64,000 nt of DNA from Candidatus Heimdallarchaeum aukensis (lineage in GTDB: Archaea > Asgardarchaeota > Heimdallarchaeia > Heimdallarchaeales > Heimdallarchaeaceae): NCBI GenBank assembly GCA_021513695.1, contig CP084166.1:1120001-1184000 (forward strand). Direction: 5' to 3'. A model generated the notes under the pieces. It searched no databases, was not told where the DNA came from, and saw only the letters and a program-made list of their open reading frames with translations. Position numbers and translations under genes: made by a program. Below, piece after piece: positions 37,178-46,460 of the stretch; within the stretch, counting starts at the first letter, position 1, and each line of letters opens with the position of its first letter.

Positions 37178-37813
37178 TTATATTCCTTGATTATGTTTAT
37201 CAAACATACTTGCTTCTGTTAAATTTAGTGCAATTGCTAACTCAGCTACTATCCCATCCAAGAAGGATAAAGCTGCACTTTCAAACATTGTTCCTTCTGG
37301 AGTTAAAGTACTATCTAGTCCTATTTCTCTTCTTGCAAGATCGGTTTTTGTACGCCCAATTAATTTGACTGTTACATCTCCTAATCTTCCTATCACACTT
37401 AAAGGATAACTTGTTATAACAATCACGAATGGATTCCAAATTAAGTATGTTTCCAAAACTGCTTTTACAATTGGAGTTGTTCCTGACCCACTTATAACCA
37501 CTATCGTTTCTCCTTCTTTCACTCTTGGAACAGACCGTGAGTTAGTTATAAATCTTGATTCTGCGCCTAAATGTTCTAAACGGGTTTGAAACATCTGTCC
37601 TACCATTGCAGAACGTCCACTAGCCAAAATGAATATTCTTCTTTCATTTTTGATATCATCAAGCAGTCTATCTCTAACTGCTGTCACATACTCATGATGT
37701 TTCCTCATGTGTTCTACATTTTTCTTTAGATTATCGATCATTAATTCTATCGCTCTAAAAATGATTAGATCTTTATTTTCAGTTAATGACTCTTTATTCT
37801 TGGATTCATCCAT
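37178..37813 (-). CDS. SIS-domain sugar-phosphate isomerase (6-phospho-3-hexuloisomerase-like)
   Basis: ILASGRSAMVGQMFQTRLEHLG ... VVISGSGTTP ... TPEGTMFESAALSFLD follows the PHI/SIS pattern. Confidence 0.7.
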   Translation of the reverse strand: MDESKNKESLTENKDLIIFRAIELMIDNLKKNVEHMRKHHEYVTAVRDRLLDDIKNERRIFILASGRSAMVGQMFQTRLEHLGAESRFITNSRSVPRVKEGETIVVISGSGTTPIVKAVLETYLIWNPFVIVITSYPLSVIGRLGDVTVKLIGRTKTDLARREIGLDSTLTPEGTMFESAALSFLDGIVAELAIALNLTEASMFDKHNQGI

Positions 37814-38076
37814 TATTTTTTCGCTCCTTATTGCGAAATAATGAAATAGCTACAGTTTTTTTTTTACTGTAGAATTTATTTCTAAGCTAAAAGAACTACA
37901 ACTATTTTTAAATTAAATGGTTTAAACTAGAATTTTTATCAAACAAGGTACTGTTTGAAGCCCAAAAATCTCTTTTTTTCAGCAACTATTCCTTGCATAA
38001 TAATGCAAATATCAATACGAAAACTTTTTTTCCTAAAAAAAACAATGGAGAGATATAAGCTATAGGGACGAATCAT

Positions 38077-41004
38077 ATGTTGAAGAAGTTTAACAAAATT
38101 AAAAACTCCAAAAATCGTCCTGCATTTATAGCTGGATTTACTATATTATTTTGGTTAATTATTATTGCATCAAATATTAATCAAGTTTTACATCTTTCTC
38201 AACATTTAACCGATGAAGGCGATTTTTCTTCTTCAGCTAGTTCTGAATCAAGAATAGCTTCCAACATTATTGCAAAATATCAAGAAGATAATTCAACCTT
38301 TTTTCTTATCATTCGAAATAGAAATGGAAGTTCAATTTTAACAGAAGAAATGTACAAAAAAACTGCAGAAATAGAGAAAAATATAACAAGTAACAGGTTG
38401 ATTGGGCCTTATTTATCTTCATCAACACCTTATTCTTCTATTTTTGATACTACAGATAACTTACTGCGAAGTGTATTAAGTTTACAATGGTATTCTACCA
38501 AATTCATTATCTCTTCTTCTGCAATTATGTGGGGAGGAATAGAATATTTCTGTGATAATTGGCTAAAATACTACAATGATTCAGCAAACCTTACAAGTTC
38601 CGTAGAAAATGCAGACTATTTTACAAAACAGTTCTTAGAAGAATATATTTCAGATATTAACAGTTCAATTTTCTTGCCAATAATGAACTCTTTTATATCC
38701 AATTTCTCTGCTTTATTTCTTAAAAACTTGAAATTTGAGGAAAACATTCCGTCGAATGTATCAGAAGCGATATCTTTTTCTTCATCTTTAATTAGTAGTA
38801 ATAAAACATTTTTTTCTCAGATTGCAACTGATTCAAGGTTCTTGGACACTTTAGTTTTTCTTTCAAGTTCTTTTAATATTAATAGATGGAATGAATCTTA
38901 CTATTTGTACCTAAAAACTAGCGAATTCTTGTTTAATTCTACTAAAAAGCCAGATGTTGATTTTATTAATGAAGTATATTCTAATGGTTCTTTAACTGGT
39001 TTTGTTAACGCAAAAAACAAGTACTTGATTCCATTATTACGACTAGAAAAAACAATACCACCTATTTCTGAAGATATGATTATTTCTTTGCTAACCTTGT
39101 ATACTAACTATAATAAGACAAGAGAACCTGATACTATGATTATTTTGTTTAATACTGCTTTATCTTATAAAACAGTAAATGGTTACGATTTATATAAAGA
39201 AATTATTCGTATTCTTCCTCTATTACAAAAAGAAAATCCTTCTTTAGAAATTGAAGTTACAGGTTTTGATCTTTTCATTATTGAGTTAACTGAAGATTCA
39301 GAAAATCAAGCTAAAAAAATGGATATTATTGTTATTGTATTCTTGATTGTGATACTAGTTTTGGCATATCGTTCTCCTATCTTACCACTCATTCAGATTC
39401 TTGCTATTGGAATTGCCATGGTTGTTTCTCGCTCAATATTCATTTTAATAAGTAAAACTGTTTATCCTCTCTCTAGTACAAGTTTAATACTTATGAGCAT
39501 TAATTTATTAGGGGCCACAACAGATTACAGCGTTTTTCTTATTGGAGATTATTTGTTAATGTATGAAAAAATCAAAGATAAGAAAAAATCAATTAAAGAA
39601 ACTCTAGAGAGAACAGCGAAGAGTATAGTTATTTCTTCAATTTCTCTTGCTATCGGCTTTGGTTCATTAATTTTTTCTCGCATTCCATCAATTAGAGGAA
39701 TGGGAATAGGAGGAGCTATTGGCTTTCTTTCAGGAATGGTAGTTTCCTTGACAGTTGTTCCTTCTTGTTTATTTCTCATAAAACAGGAATTTCTAACTAA
39801 GTGGAAATTTAAGAAAAAAATTTTACCTAAGTTTGACTTATTCGGTAAATCTCAGAAACTTGTTCTAAAACACCCTACTCGAGTGTTCTTTGCTTTCACA
39901 ATTATTTCTGCTTTATGCTTTGGTTTATTTTTTATAACTCCATTAGATTATTCGCAATTGAGCACAGCTCCTGATAGATATATTTCAAAACAAGGGTTCA
40001 ATTTAATTTCAGAGCATTTAGGTGAAGATAAACTTAATCAAATTGTTATTTTATATAAAACACCTGAAAATGAGTCTTTCATGTTTAAGAACAATTCTCT
40101 TAATATTGATGCTATAAAAAAGGTAGAAAAAACAATAGCAGAACTGATGAAAAATACAAACTTTACATATATTTACGGAGTTAGTCACCCTTTAGGTAAA
40201 CCCTTTTCAGAAAGTTTAGAAAATACTTCTTATTTCCTTTACCAAGAAATTCTTTTATTAACTACTAAATTTATTCTACCTGATAGTCGCTATGCTTTAG
40301 TTACTTGTGGTTCTCCTTTCAAAGAAGAGGATATAAAGCTAGATCAACAAGTTTCTATAATTCGAGATACAATAAAAGAATTGATTGATACCCCACAATT
40401 CGAAGATTGGGAGATTTTAGTAACAGGATTTCCAGTTACTTTAGTAGATGGAAAAAGAATAATTCAAGAAGACTTTTTACTTATTTCCTTAATGATTCTA
40501 GTTAGCTCTTTCATCTTGTTAGTCTTCTTCATGAAAGATGTCTTTATGGCTTTTAGGATATTATTAACTATAGTCATTAGTCTTGGATTGAATCTTGGTT
40601 TATTTGCTATTTTTTCTCACATTTTCTTTGGAGGAAGTATATTATTTATGGTGCCTTTGTTCCTTTTTTCAGTTTTAATATCATTAGGGTTAGATTTTGA
40701 TATTCTATTTCTGGGTATATTTAATAGGCTACTTAAGAAGACCGGAGAATTAGAATCAAGTATTTTTAACTCTGTCAAACAAACGATGTCAAACATTTCT
40801 ATTGCTGGAATAATTATGATGGCAACTTACTTCTCGTTAATATTCACGAACTCAATCCAAATGATACAAATTGGTTTAGGATTAAGCATAGGCATTTTTA
40901 TTGATGTTTTTATTTCTCGATTATTTATTGTTCCCTCTGCGGTAATTCTGACTTCAAAGTTTGAACAAAAATTAAAGTTCTGGAGGAAAAAAGATGAAAA
41001 CTAA
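38077..41004 (+). CDS. MMPL/RND-superfamily membrane transporter (975 aa)
   Basis: Two blocks of about 6 TM helices, each preceded by a large extracytoplasmic domain. A segment such as TTDYSVFLIGDYLLMYEK resembles the MMPL DYxxF...R..E region. Confidence 0.7.
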   Translation: MLKKFNKIKNSKNRPAFIAGFTILFWLIIIASNINQVLHLSQHLTDEGDFSSSASSESRIASNIIAKYQEDNSTFFLIIRNRNGSSILTEEMYKKTAEIEKNITSNRLIGPYLSSSTPYSSIFDTTDNLLRSVLSLQWYSTKFIISSSAIMWGGIEYFCDNWLKYYNDSANLTSSVENADYFTKQFLEEYISDINSSIFLPIMNSFISNFSALFLKNLKFEENIPSNVSEAISFSSSLISSNKTFFSQIATDSRFLDTLVFLSSSFNINRWNESYYLYLKTSEFLFNSTKKPDVDFINEVYSNGSLTGFVNAKNKYLIPLLRLEKTIPPISEDMIISLLTLYTNYNKTREPDTMIILFNTALSYKTVNGYDLYKEIIRILPLLQKENPSLEIEVTGFDLFIIELTEDSENQAKKMDIIVIVFLIVILVLAYRSPILPLIQILAIGIAMVVSRSIFILISKTVYPLSSTSLILMSINLLGATTDYSVFLIGDYLLMYEKIKDKKKSIKETLERTAKSIVISSISLAIGFGSLIFSRIPSIRGMGIGGAIGFLSGMVVSLTVVPSCLFLIKQEFLTKWKFKKKILPKFDLFGKSQKLVLKHPTRVFFAFTIISALCFGLFFITPLDYSQLSTAPDRYISKQGFNLISEHLGEDKLNQIVILYKTPENESFMFKNNSLNIDAIKKVEKTIAELMKNTNFTYIYGVSHPLGKPFSESLENTSYFLYQEILLLTTKFILPDSRYALVTCGSPFKEEDIKLDQQVSIIRDTIKELIDTPQFEDWEILVTGFPVTLVDGKRIIQEDFLLISLMILVSSFILLVFFMKDVFMAFRILLTIVISLGLNLGLFAIFSHIFFGGSILFMVPLFLFSVLISLGLDFDILFLGIFNRLLKKTGELESSIFNSVKQTMSNISIAGIIMMATYFSLIFTNSIQMIQIGLGLSIGIFIDVFISRLFIVPSAVILTSKFEQKLKFWRKKDEN

Positions 41005-42601
41005 GATTATTCACTTATTTCTGATACTTTTATTTGTAACAACTTGTATTCCTGTTATCACTAAAGCTTCTAGTGAAATTGATTTCAGAGAGTTAGAGTT
41101 TTCATCTAAAGGCTATGATATAACTTATGAAATTCTAGAAGGAAAGAATATAGGAACTTTGTTCAGTGATATTGGTTTCAACCTATCAGGCTCATTGTCT
41201 GGTTCAGAATTTCATGTTTTGCTTAAGAATCGAAGAAATGAGTTAAGAGACATTTATTCGATGGAATCTAATTCAGTTTTTCAACAAAACACTTCAATTT
41301 TTATTTTCGATAATTACATACAGTTAAAAAACAATTTAGAATTTAGTTCTGAATTATCAAAACTTCTCTCTCAGATAAAAATTGGAAAAAATTATCTAGA
41401 ACCGACAGAAGATAAAGAAATTTCCGCTATTCTTCCCTATAACTCTACAATCCCAATACCTAGAATTTTTACGCAAGTTACGTTTCCAAATTTCAATTCC
41501 ATAATCAGTAGTAATAACTTTTTTGACTTTCTTCCAATTATTTTAGGAAACGAATATGAAAGATATGAGGCAGAGTTTTCTTTTCTTCAACTAACTGGAA
41601 ATTTCACAGTAAATGTTTATAACAAATTACTAGACTATTTTACAGTCTCAATAAGAAAAAGTGATTCCAGTTTAATCATTAAAAGCTCTTGGAATAAAAA
41701 CAATGGTCTTCTCCAATCCCTGTCTATACAGTTCAAACATGGAGATATAACTAATCTTTTCAGTATAGAGTACAAAAATTTTAAAGAAATTCAAAGCCCT
41801 GAAGGTAGCGATATTATCTCTTTTTTTATTACGAATAGCACAGCCGATTTAGACTTTTATAATGGACCAAATACTAAGAGAAGCCAACTAGAAAACGCTA
41901 CAAGTTTAATTAATGAAATCAATAATACAGAAGCTTTTCAATATCTAATTCAAAATAATGGAGGATTATCACTTTCTTGGACTTGGCAGGTGTTAGATCC
42001 CTTAACAGAAGAATATGTTGAACCCTCAATACTTCAAGAGACAACATTTCTTTCTCAAATGCAACCTGTTATTATTCCAGATTGGGATATGAATAAAGGG
42101 ATTATTTTGTTTGTAGAAAGTATAGGTAAAAGTTTGTATGAACAAGTTCAAGATTTTAGAATCAAGATTGGTAACAGAACAGAATATTCATTATCAATAA
42201 ACAAATTTAATATTCAATTACAAGAGTTTGAGCAATTCTATTACTTATTAGTTGATTTTGACATAAGTTATCAGAGAAAGGAAATCAGCTTTTTAGCAAG
42301 TAGGGTTCAGATTCAAAAATGGAATTTATCATACTATTTCTGGTTAAGTTATTCTAAATTGGGGATATTAAGCGCCTTTTCTATATCTTGCCAAGAAATT
42401 AACCATTTTTATTTTGAACCTTTTGACATAGAAAGAGAAACACATTATAAGTGGAATTACAAAATAGAAAGTATACAAAAAGCTGACATTATTCCTACCT
42501 TTACTACAATTACAACGAAAACTCCAATCTCAAAAATTGTCTTTGTTACTTTATTTGTACTTACAGTTATTAGAAAAATAAAAAAGAAAGAGTTGAAGTA
42601 A
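40994..42601 (+). CDS. Secreted/anchored hypothetical protein (535 aa), translationally coupled to the MMPL gene
   Basis: Start overlaps the MMPL stop by 11 nt. N-terminal signal-like helix, N/S/F-rich beta-looking body, C-terminal TM helix plus KIKKKELK. Confidence 0.6.
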   Translation: MKTKIIHLFLILLFVTTCIPVITKASSEIDFRELEFSSKGYDITYEILEGKNIGTLFSDIGFNLSGSLSGSEFHVLLKNRRNELRDIYSMESNSVFQQNTSIFIFDNYIQLKNNLEFSSELSKLLSQIKIGKNYLEPTEDKEISAILPYNSTIPIPRIFTQVTFPNFNSIISSNNFFDFLPIILGNEYERYEAEFSFLQLTGNFTVNVYNKLLDYFTVSIRKSDSSLIIKSSWNKNNGLLQSLSIQFKHGDITNLFSIEYKNFKEIQSPEGSDIISFFITNSTADLDFYNGPNTKRSQLENATSLINEINNTEAFQYLIQNNGGLSLSWTWQVLDPLTEEYVEPSILQETTFLSQMQPVIIPDWDMNKGIILFVESIGKSLYEQVQDFRIKIGNRTEYSLSINKFNIQLQEFEQFYYLLVDFDISYQRKEISFLASRVQIQKWNLSYYFWLSYSKLGILSAFSISCQEINHFYFEPFDIERETHYKWNYKIESIQKADIIPTFTTITTKTPISKIVFVTLFVLTVIRKIKKKELK

Positions 42602-44359
42602 TTGCTGAAACATAAAAATAAGTTTATTTTGGATACAAACTTTATTATTAGTGCTTTTGAGAAAAACCCTTCCACAATTAACATTTTTATAAAGAAGATA
42701 AGAAGTCTCAATATTCAATTATTAATTACGAATCACATTATCAAAGAAGTTAGATGGTATTTACGTAGAAGAATAATAAATGAAATTACCATCAAAGAAG
42801 TCTCCACTAAAGAGATTAGGAAATTACTTTCTGAAATAGAAAAAAAGGGTATTTCACCACCACATTTTCCTGACTTATCAAACATAGTTTTAGCTAGAAA
42901 ATTGGAAGGTACAGTTGTAACAAGTGATCTTCAACTAGTAAAAACTTGCGAAGAATTGGGAGTACCAGTTCATATGTCATCTTCATTTGTGTTTTTTTTG
43001 AAAGAAAAGGTAAATAATTTTGAAGATAAGAAATTCTTCAACGAACTCTATGATATTATTCTTTCTGATGAGATTATGCACAGTGTGGAGCAGAGTGAGA
43101 CATATAATCCTGTCTATAGAATAAAAGAAATTCAATTACATGCGATTAAAGTTTTACAAAAACTACCTAAAATATCTCCTAATAAAACACAAGAAATGTT
43201 CTTTTTAAAAGAAGAGAATGAACTGTTGGACTTAATTAATGAAATTGAATTTGAGATGCCAAATTATATAACCCAAATTCAAGATGGTAAGGACTTAGAA
43301 ACTCTAGAGGTAGAACTGAAAGATATTTACAATCAAATTAATGACATTGTTTGGCAATTACAACTTCAGCTCAAAACGAGAAAGAGTCTTATTTTATCTG
43401 CATCTATAAGAATTAAAGCTAGAATACTTTTTGCTCTGAGTATTGTAGAATTTACTTTATTAAACTTTGAAAAATTAGAAAATACTTTGAATATTCTTTC
43501 AGAGATAGTATCCAGTTCACCAGACATGGTTTCAGATCTGTTTATGGATTTACAATTTCTCAGGATGGTTTTTCTTTTTGTCACCCAAAATTATAACAGA
43601 CTAACAGGATACTTTTCAGACAATTTTCTTTTATTGTGTGAAATTGAAAAAAGAAAAGATTTGACAAAGCTCACTAGAACAATAATTTTCGCTTGTACAA
43701 TTTTAGAAAGCAGGATAATAGATAAAAATGCTTCTTTAGAAGGTAAAAAAGAAATCTCTCTTTTATTCCAATTAGGCTATATTTTATTACAAAAAAGAAA
43801 TATTGAGAATGCTCTCCTTATCTTATTACAAACTCATTATTTAGCTCTACAAATTAAGGATGAAGAATTGATCCGAAATTCTCTAGAACTCATGATTGTT
43901 ATTCATTACATCTCCAATGAAAATATAAGTACTGAAATAGAACAAGGAATATTAGAATTAAAAAAAATTAATCCGTTTAATGTTCCTGTTTTTTCTATAA
44001 AAGAAGAATTAGATCTAAATATTTTTACTAATACAGAGTTTAAACAAATTGATGATTTTCCAAGCTTATTAAAAGAGTGGTTCTATATCTACGATTATTT
44101 GATAAAAGAAGAAGGACAAACAAAAACTGCAATATTTGTTATAAGTCCTTATTTTTCTCCTAAAACAGTTTTTATTACAACTCAACGTTTGCCAATGTAT
44201 GAACTTAGACCAGGAAGACAAATAAAAATAATAAAAGGAATGCTAAAAATTCGTAAATGCAGTTATAATTACGAGAAAAGAGAAGTTGATTTAGTTATTG
44301 AAATTAAAGAACCATTATTCTCTTTGAGAGATCCATGGGGAATGAAGATTATTAGGTAA
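42602..44359 (+). CDS. PIN-domain protein fused to a ~450-aa helical domain of unknown function (TTG start)
   Basis: N-terminal FILDTNFIISAF ... IIKEV ... DLSNIVLA ... VVTSDLQLVKTCEELGVPV gives the acidic-residue spacing of a PIN/VapC-like nuclease. Starts directly after the upstream stop. Confidence 0.65.
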   Translation: MLKHKNKFILDTNFIISAFEKNPSTINIFIKKIRSLNIQLLITNHIIKEVRWYLRRRIINEITIKEVSTKEIRKLLSEIEKKGISPPHFPDLSNIVLARKLEGTVVTSDLQLVKTCEELGVPVHMSSSFVFFLKEKVNNFEDKKFFNELYDIILSDEIMHSVEQSETYNPVYRIKEIQLHAIKVLQKLPKISPNKTQEMFFLKEENELLDLINEIEFEMPNYITQIQDGKDLETLEVELKDIYNQINDIVWQLQLQLKTRKSLILSASIRIKARILFALSIVEFTLLNFEKLENTLNILSEIVSSSPDMVSDLFMDLQFLRMVFLFVTQNYNRLTGYFSDNFLLLCEIEKRKDLTKLTRTIIFACTILESRIIDKNASLEGKKEISLLFQLGYILLQKRNIENALLILLQTHYLALQIKDEELIRNSLELMIVIHYISNENISTEIEQGILELKKINPFNVPVFSIKEELDLNIFTNTEFKQIDDFPSLLKEWFYIYDYLIKEEGQTKTAIFVISPYFSPKTVFITTQRLPMYELRPGRQIKIIKGMLKIRKCSYNYEKREVDLVIEIKEPLFSLRDPWGMKIIR

Positions 44360-45296
44360 GCTCTTCTTTCCACTCTTCTATAATGCCTATAATTTCTTCA
44401 ACGTCAATAGGTTTTCTTCTCATTTTTTCTATTAATTGACTCATTTTATGTCTCATAAAAGGTGATAGGGCGCCTGCTTCCATTAAAGCATCTCTTGCTT
44501 TATCAAAAGCTTTTATTATTTGTTCTTTATCTCTTGATACTGTTACGATAGTCTTAAGATTATCAAAAACTTTCTTGGGTTCAACACTCTCCCAATCTTC
44601 TTCAATCTTTGTCGCTTGAACTAATGAGGAAGTAACTAGAGCGTATCCTTCACCTATTTGTTTAATTAAACCCTTCTTTTCAAGGTTAAACATAAGCTGA
44701 TCTATTTTTCTTTTTTCTACTCCAAGTTCATTTGCCAGTGTTTCTGCGTTTTTTGGCAGATTTGAATTAGATAGAACTCCAAGAATTCTTTGAGATACAG
44801 TACCATTCTTCTTACAATATTGAACAAGAGAGGTTAAGGCATTAACAAATTTGTCATCAGTAGGTTTCGAATAGTAAGTTACTAATTCTTCTAGTAATCT
44901 GTCAATTTCTTCTGTCTCTATATGTACAGGAGTAAAACTTTCTTCTTCTTTTGGTTTAGTAAAAGTTTCTTTTTTCAATCTATCAATTTCTATTTCTAAA
45001 TCCCTTATTTTTAATTTAAGTTCATTTTCTCTTTCATTTCGAGCTTGAGCATCTTGTTCTTTCCAATATCGCTCTTCTTCCATTCTCTTGGAATATCTTT
45101 CTATTTCTTCATCTTTCTGCTGAATAACTTGTTTAAGTTTAGCTATCTCTGCATTTAAATTTTCTATCATATTTGATTGATGGGAGATGCGTTGTTGTAA
45201 TTGAGACATGTATTGTTCTTGAGCTTGCATTTGCAATTTCATGCGTCTAACATCATTATCACCTTCACCGTTTTCCCCATATGGAGTTCTTACCAC
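44352..45296 (-). CDS. Coiled-coil + winged-helix protein (314 aa)
   Basis: An N-terminal Q/E/K-rich heptad region (aa ~20-115) is followed by the wHTH-like LPKNAETLANELGVEKRKIDQLMFNLEKKGLIKQIGEGYALV. Confidence 0.55.
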   Translation of the reverse strand: MVRTPYGENGEGDNDVRRMKLQMQAQEQYMSQLQQRISHQSNMIENLNAEIAKLKQVIQQKDEEIERYSKRMEEERYWKEQDAQARNERENELKLKIRDLEIEIDRLKKETFTKPKEEESFTPVHIETEEIDRLLEELVTYYSKPTDDKFVNALTSLVQYCKKNGTVSQRILGVLSNSNLPKNAETLANELGVEKRKIDQLMFNLEKKGLIKQIGEGYALVTSSLVQATKIEEDWESVEPKKVFDNLKTIVTVSRDKEQIIKAFDKARDALMEAGALSPFMRHKMSQLIEKMRRKPIDVEEIIGIIEEWKEELT

Positions 45297-45364
45297 AAAA
45301 AGTCACCTCAATTATAAGCAATATTCTCTCTCACAATTAAAAAATTTTAGATTTGGAGAAAATA

Positions 45365-45970
45365 TTAACCCAATATTTCTAACAATATGATTTCAAATAT
45401 TTTCTTACATCTTGAAACATTTGAATAGGGCCATTTCTTGTCTTCAGTATTAAGAACATAGTCTGCTAAAGCCATTACTGAGCCTACCCCATAACCTAGT
45501 TCTTTTTTATTTCGTGCTAGAAAATTATCAAAATTCCTTAAATATTCATCTTCCTTCGCTTTAGAACTATTTTCTCCTTCTTTTCTATCAGGATTATCTA
45601 AACGTCCAAATCTGGTTCTCAAAGAAGCATGGAATGCAATAAGGAAGACATTTGTTTCTCCAAAATGTTTTTTCAAAACTTCAATTTCAGAAACTGCTCG
45701 GATCCCAGAGACAAAAACTGCTTTAATTTCTTCATCTAAATTGTCAATCTTCTCAATCAATCGTTCGGTAAAATAACTATCAGATATCTTCTTACAATCA
45801 TCTGTAACCTTCTTAATATTTTCTGGGATAAAATCATAACCTCGTTTTTTCACTTCTTCCAAGACTACTGTTCCAGTTTCAAACAGAGGAATATTGTACT
45901 TTTCTCCAAAAATTTTAGCATAAGTTGTTTTTCCTGCTAATGGAAGAGATGTGAGAACTATAACTTTCAT
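45365..45970 (-). CDS. UPF0200-family archaeal nucleotide kinase-like P-loop protein (dephospho-CoA kinase-like)
   Basis: MKVIVLTSLPLAGKTTYAK (P-loop), ..VSGIRAVSEIEVLKKHFGE..IAFHAS..RFGRL.., ..ELGYGVGSVMALADYVLNTE follows the UPF0200 pattern as I recall it. Start moved to Met14 of the tracked ORF. Confidence 0.65.
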   Translation of the reverse strand: MKVIVLTSLPLAGKTTYAKIFGEKYNIPLFETGTVVLEEVKKRGYDFIPENIKKVTDDCKKISDSYFTERLIEKIDNLDEEIKAVFVSGIRAVSEIEVLKKHFGETNVFLIAFHASLRTRFGRLDNPDRKEGENSSKAKEDEYLRNFDNFLARNKKELGYGVGSVMALADYVLNTEDKKWPYSNVSRCKKIFEIILLEILG

Positions 45971-46199
45971 ACTCTCAATTTCATGTGGTATAAAATAAAT
46001 TTTTCTCAATAAAAATAAAATAAACGGTCAGAGAGCTCCAGTGGTTCATAGTAAGCCATAGCTTAACTCCCCCGGTCTATGAGGCTCTGACCTAAGTTAA
46101 CTTCTTCATTTTTATTTAAAAATTAAGTGATTAAATATAGAAAAAAATCACCTAATACTTTGTCAAAAAAGAAATAAATCTAAATCTTTTCATATCCTT

Positions 46200-46460
46200 A
46201 TGGAAAACCAAAAAGGCAAAATTCCTATATTTCAAGTTGATGCTTTCACTGATAAAGCCTTTCAAGGCAATCCTGCAGCTGTTTGTATCTTAGAAGAAAA
46301 ATACTCTTTTTCTGATTCTTTACTACAAAAAATAGCTCAAGAAATGAATCTTTCTGAAACAGCTTTTATTTACGTGAAAGATCTAGATCAAATTACTAAC
46401 CAAAGTGAGTTCAGGTTACGTTGGTTTACCCCAAATAAAGAAGTCAAAATGTGTGGACAT
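46200..46460 (+). pseudogene. PhzF-family isomerase gene, 5' fragment (codons 1-87), truncated by IS insertion
   Basis: IFQVDAFTDKAFQGNPAAVC...LSETAFI...RLRWFTPNKEVKMCGH is the PhzF N-terminal pattern. After ..CGH (46460) the tracked ORF continues into unrelated IS sequence. Confidence 0.85.

Noticed and set aside
37846-37869. Hairpin CTACAG-T10A-CTGTAG in the divergent spacer between the SIS gene and the MMPL gene
   Set aside because: A short 6-bp stem with a long U-rich loop, located upstream (not downstream) of both flanking genes. It is likely fortuitous in AT-rich promoter DNA.
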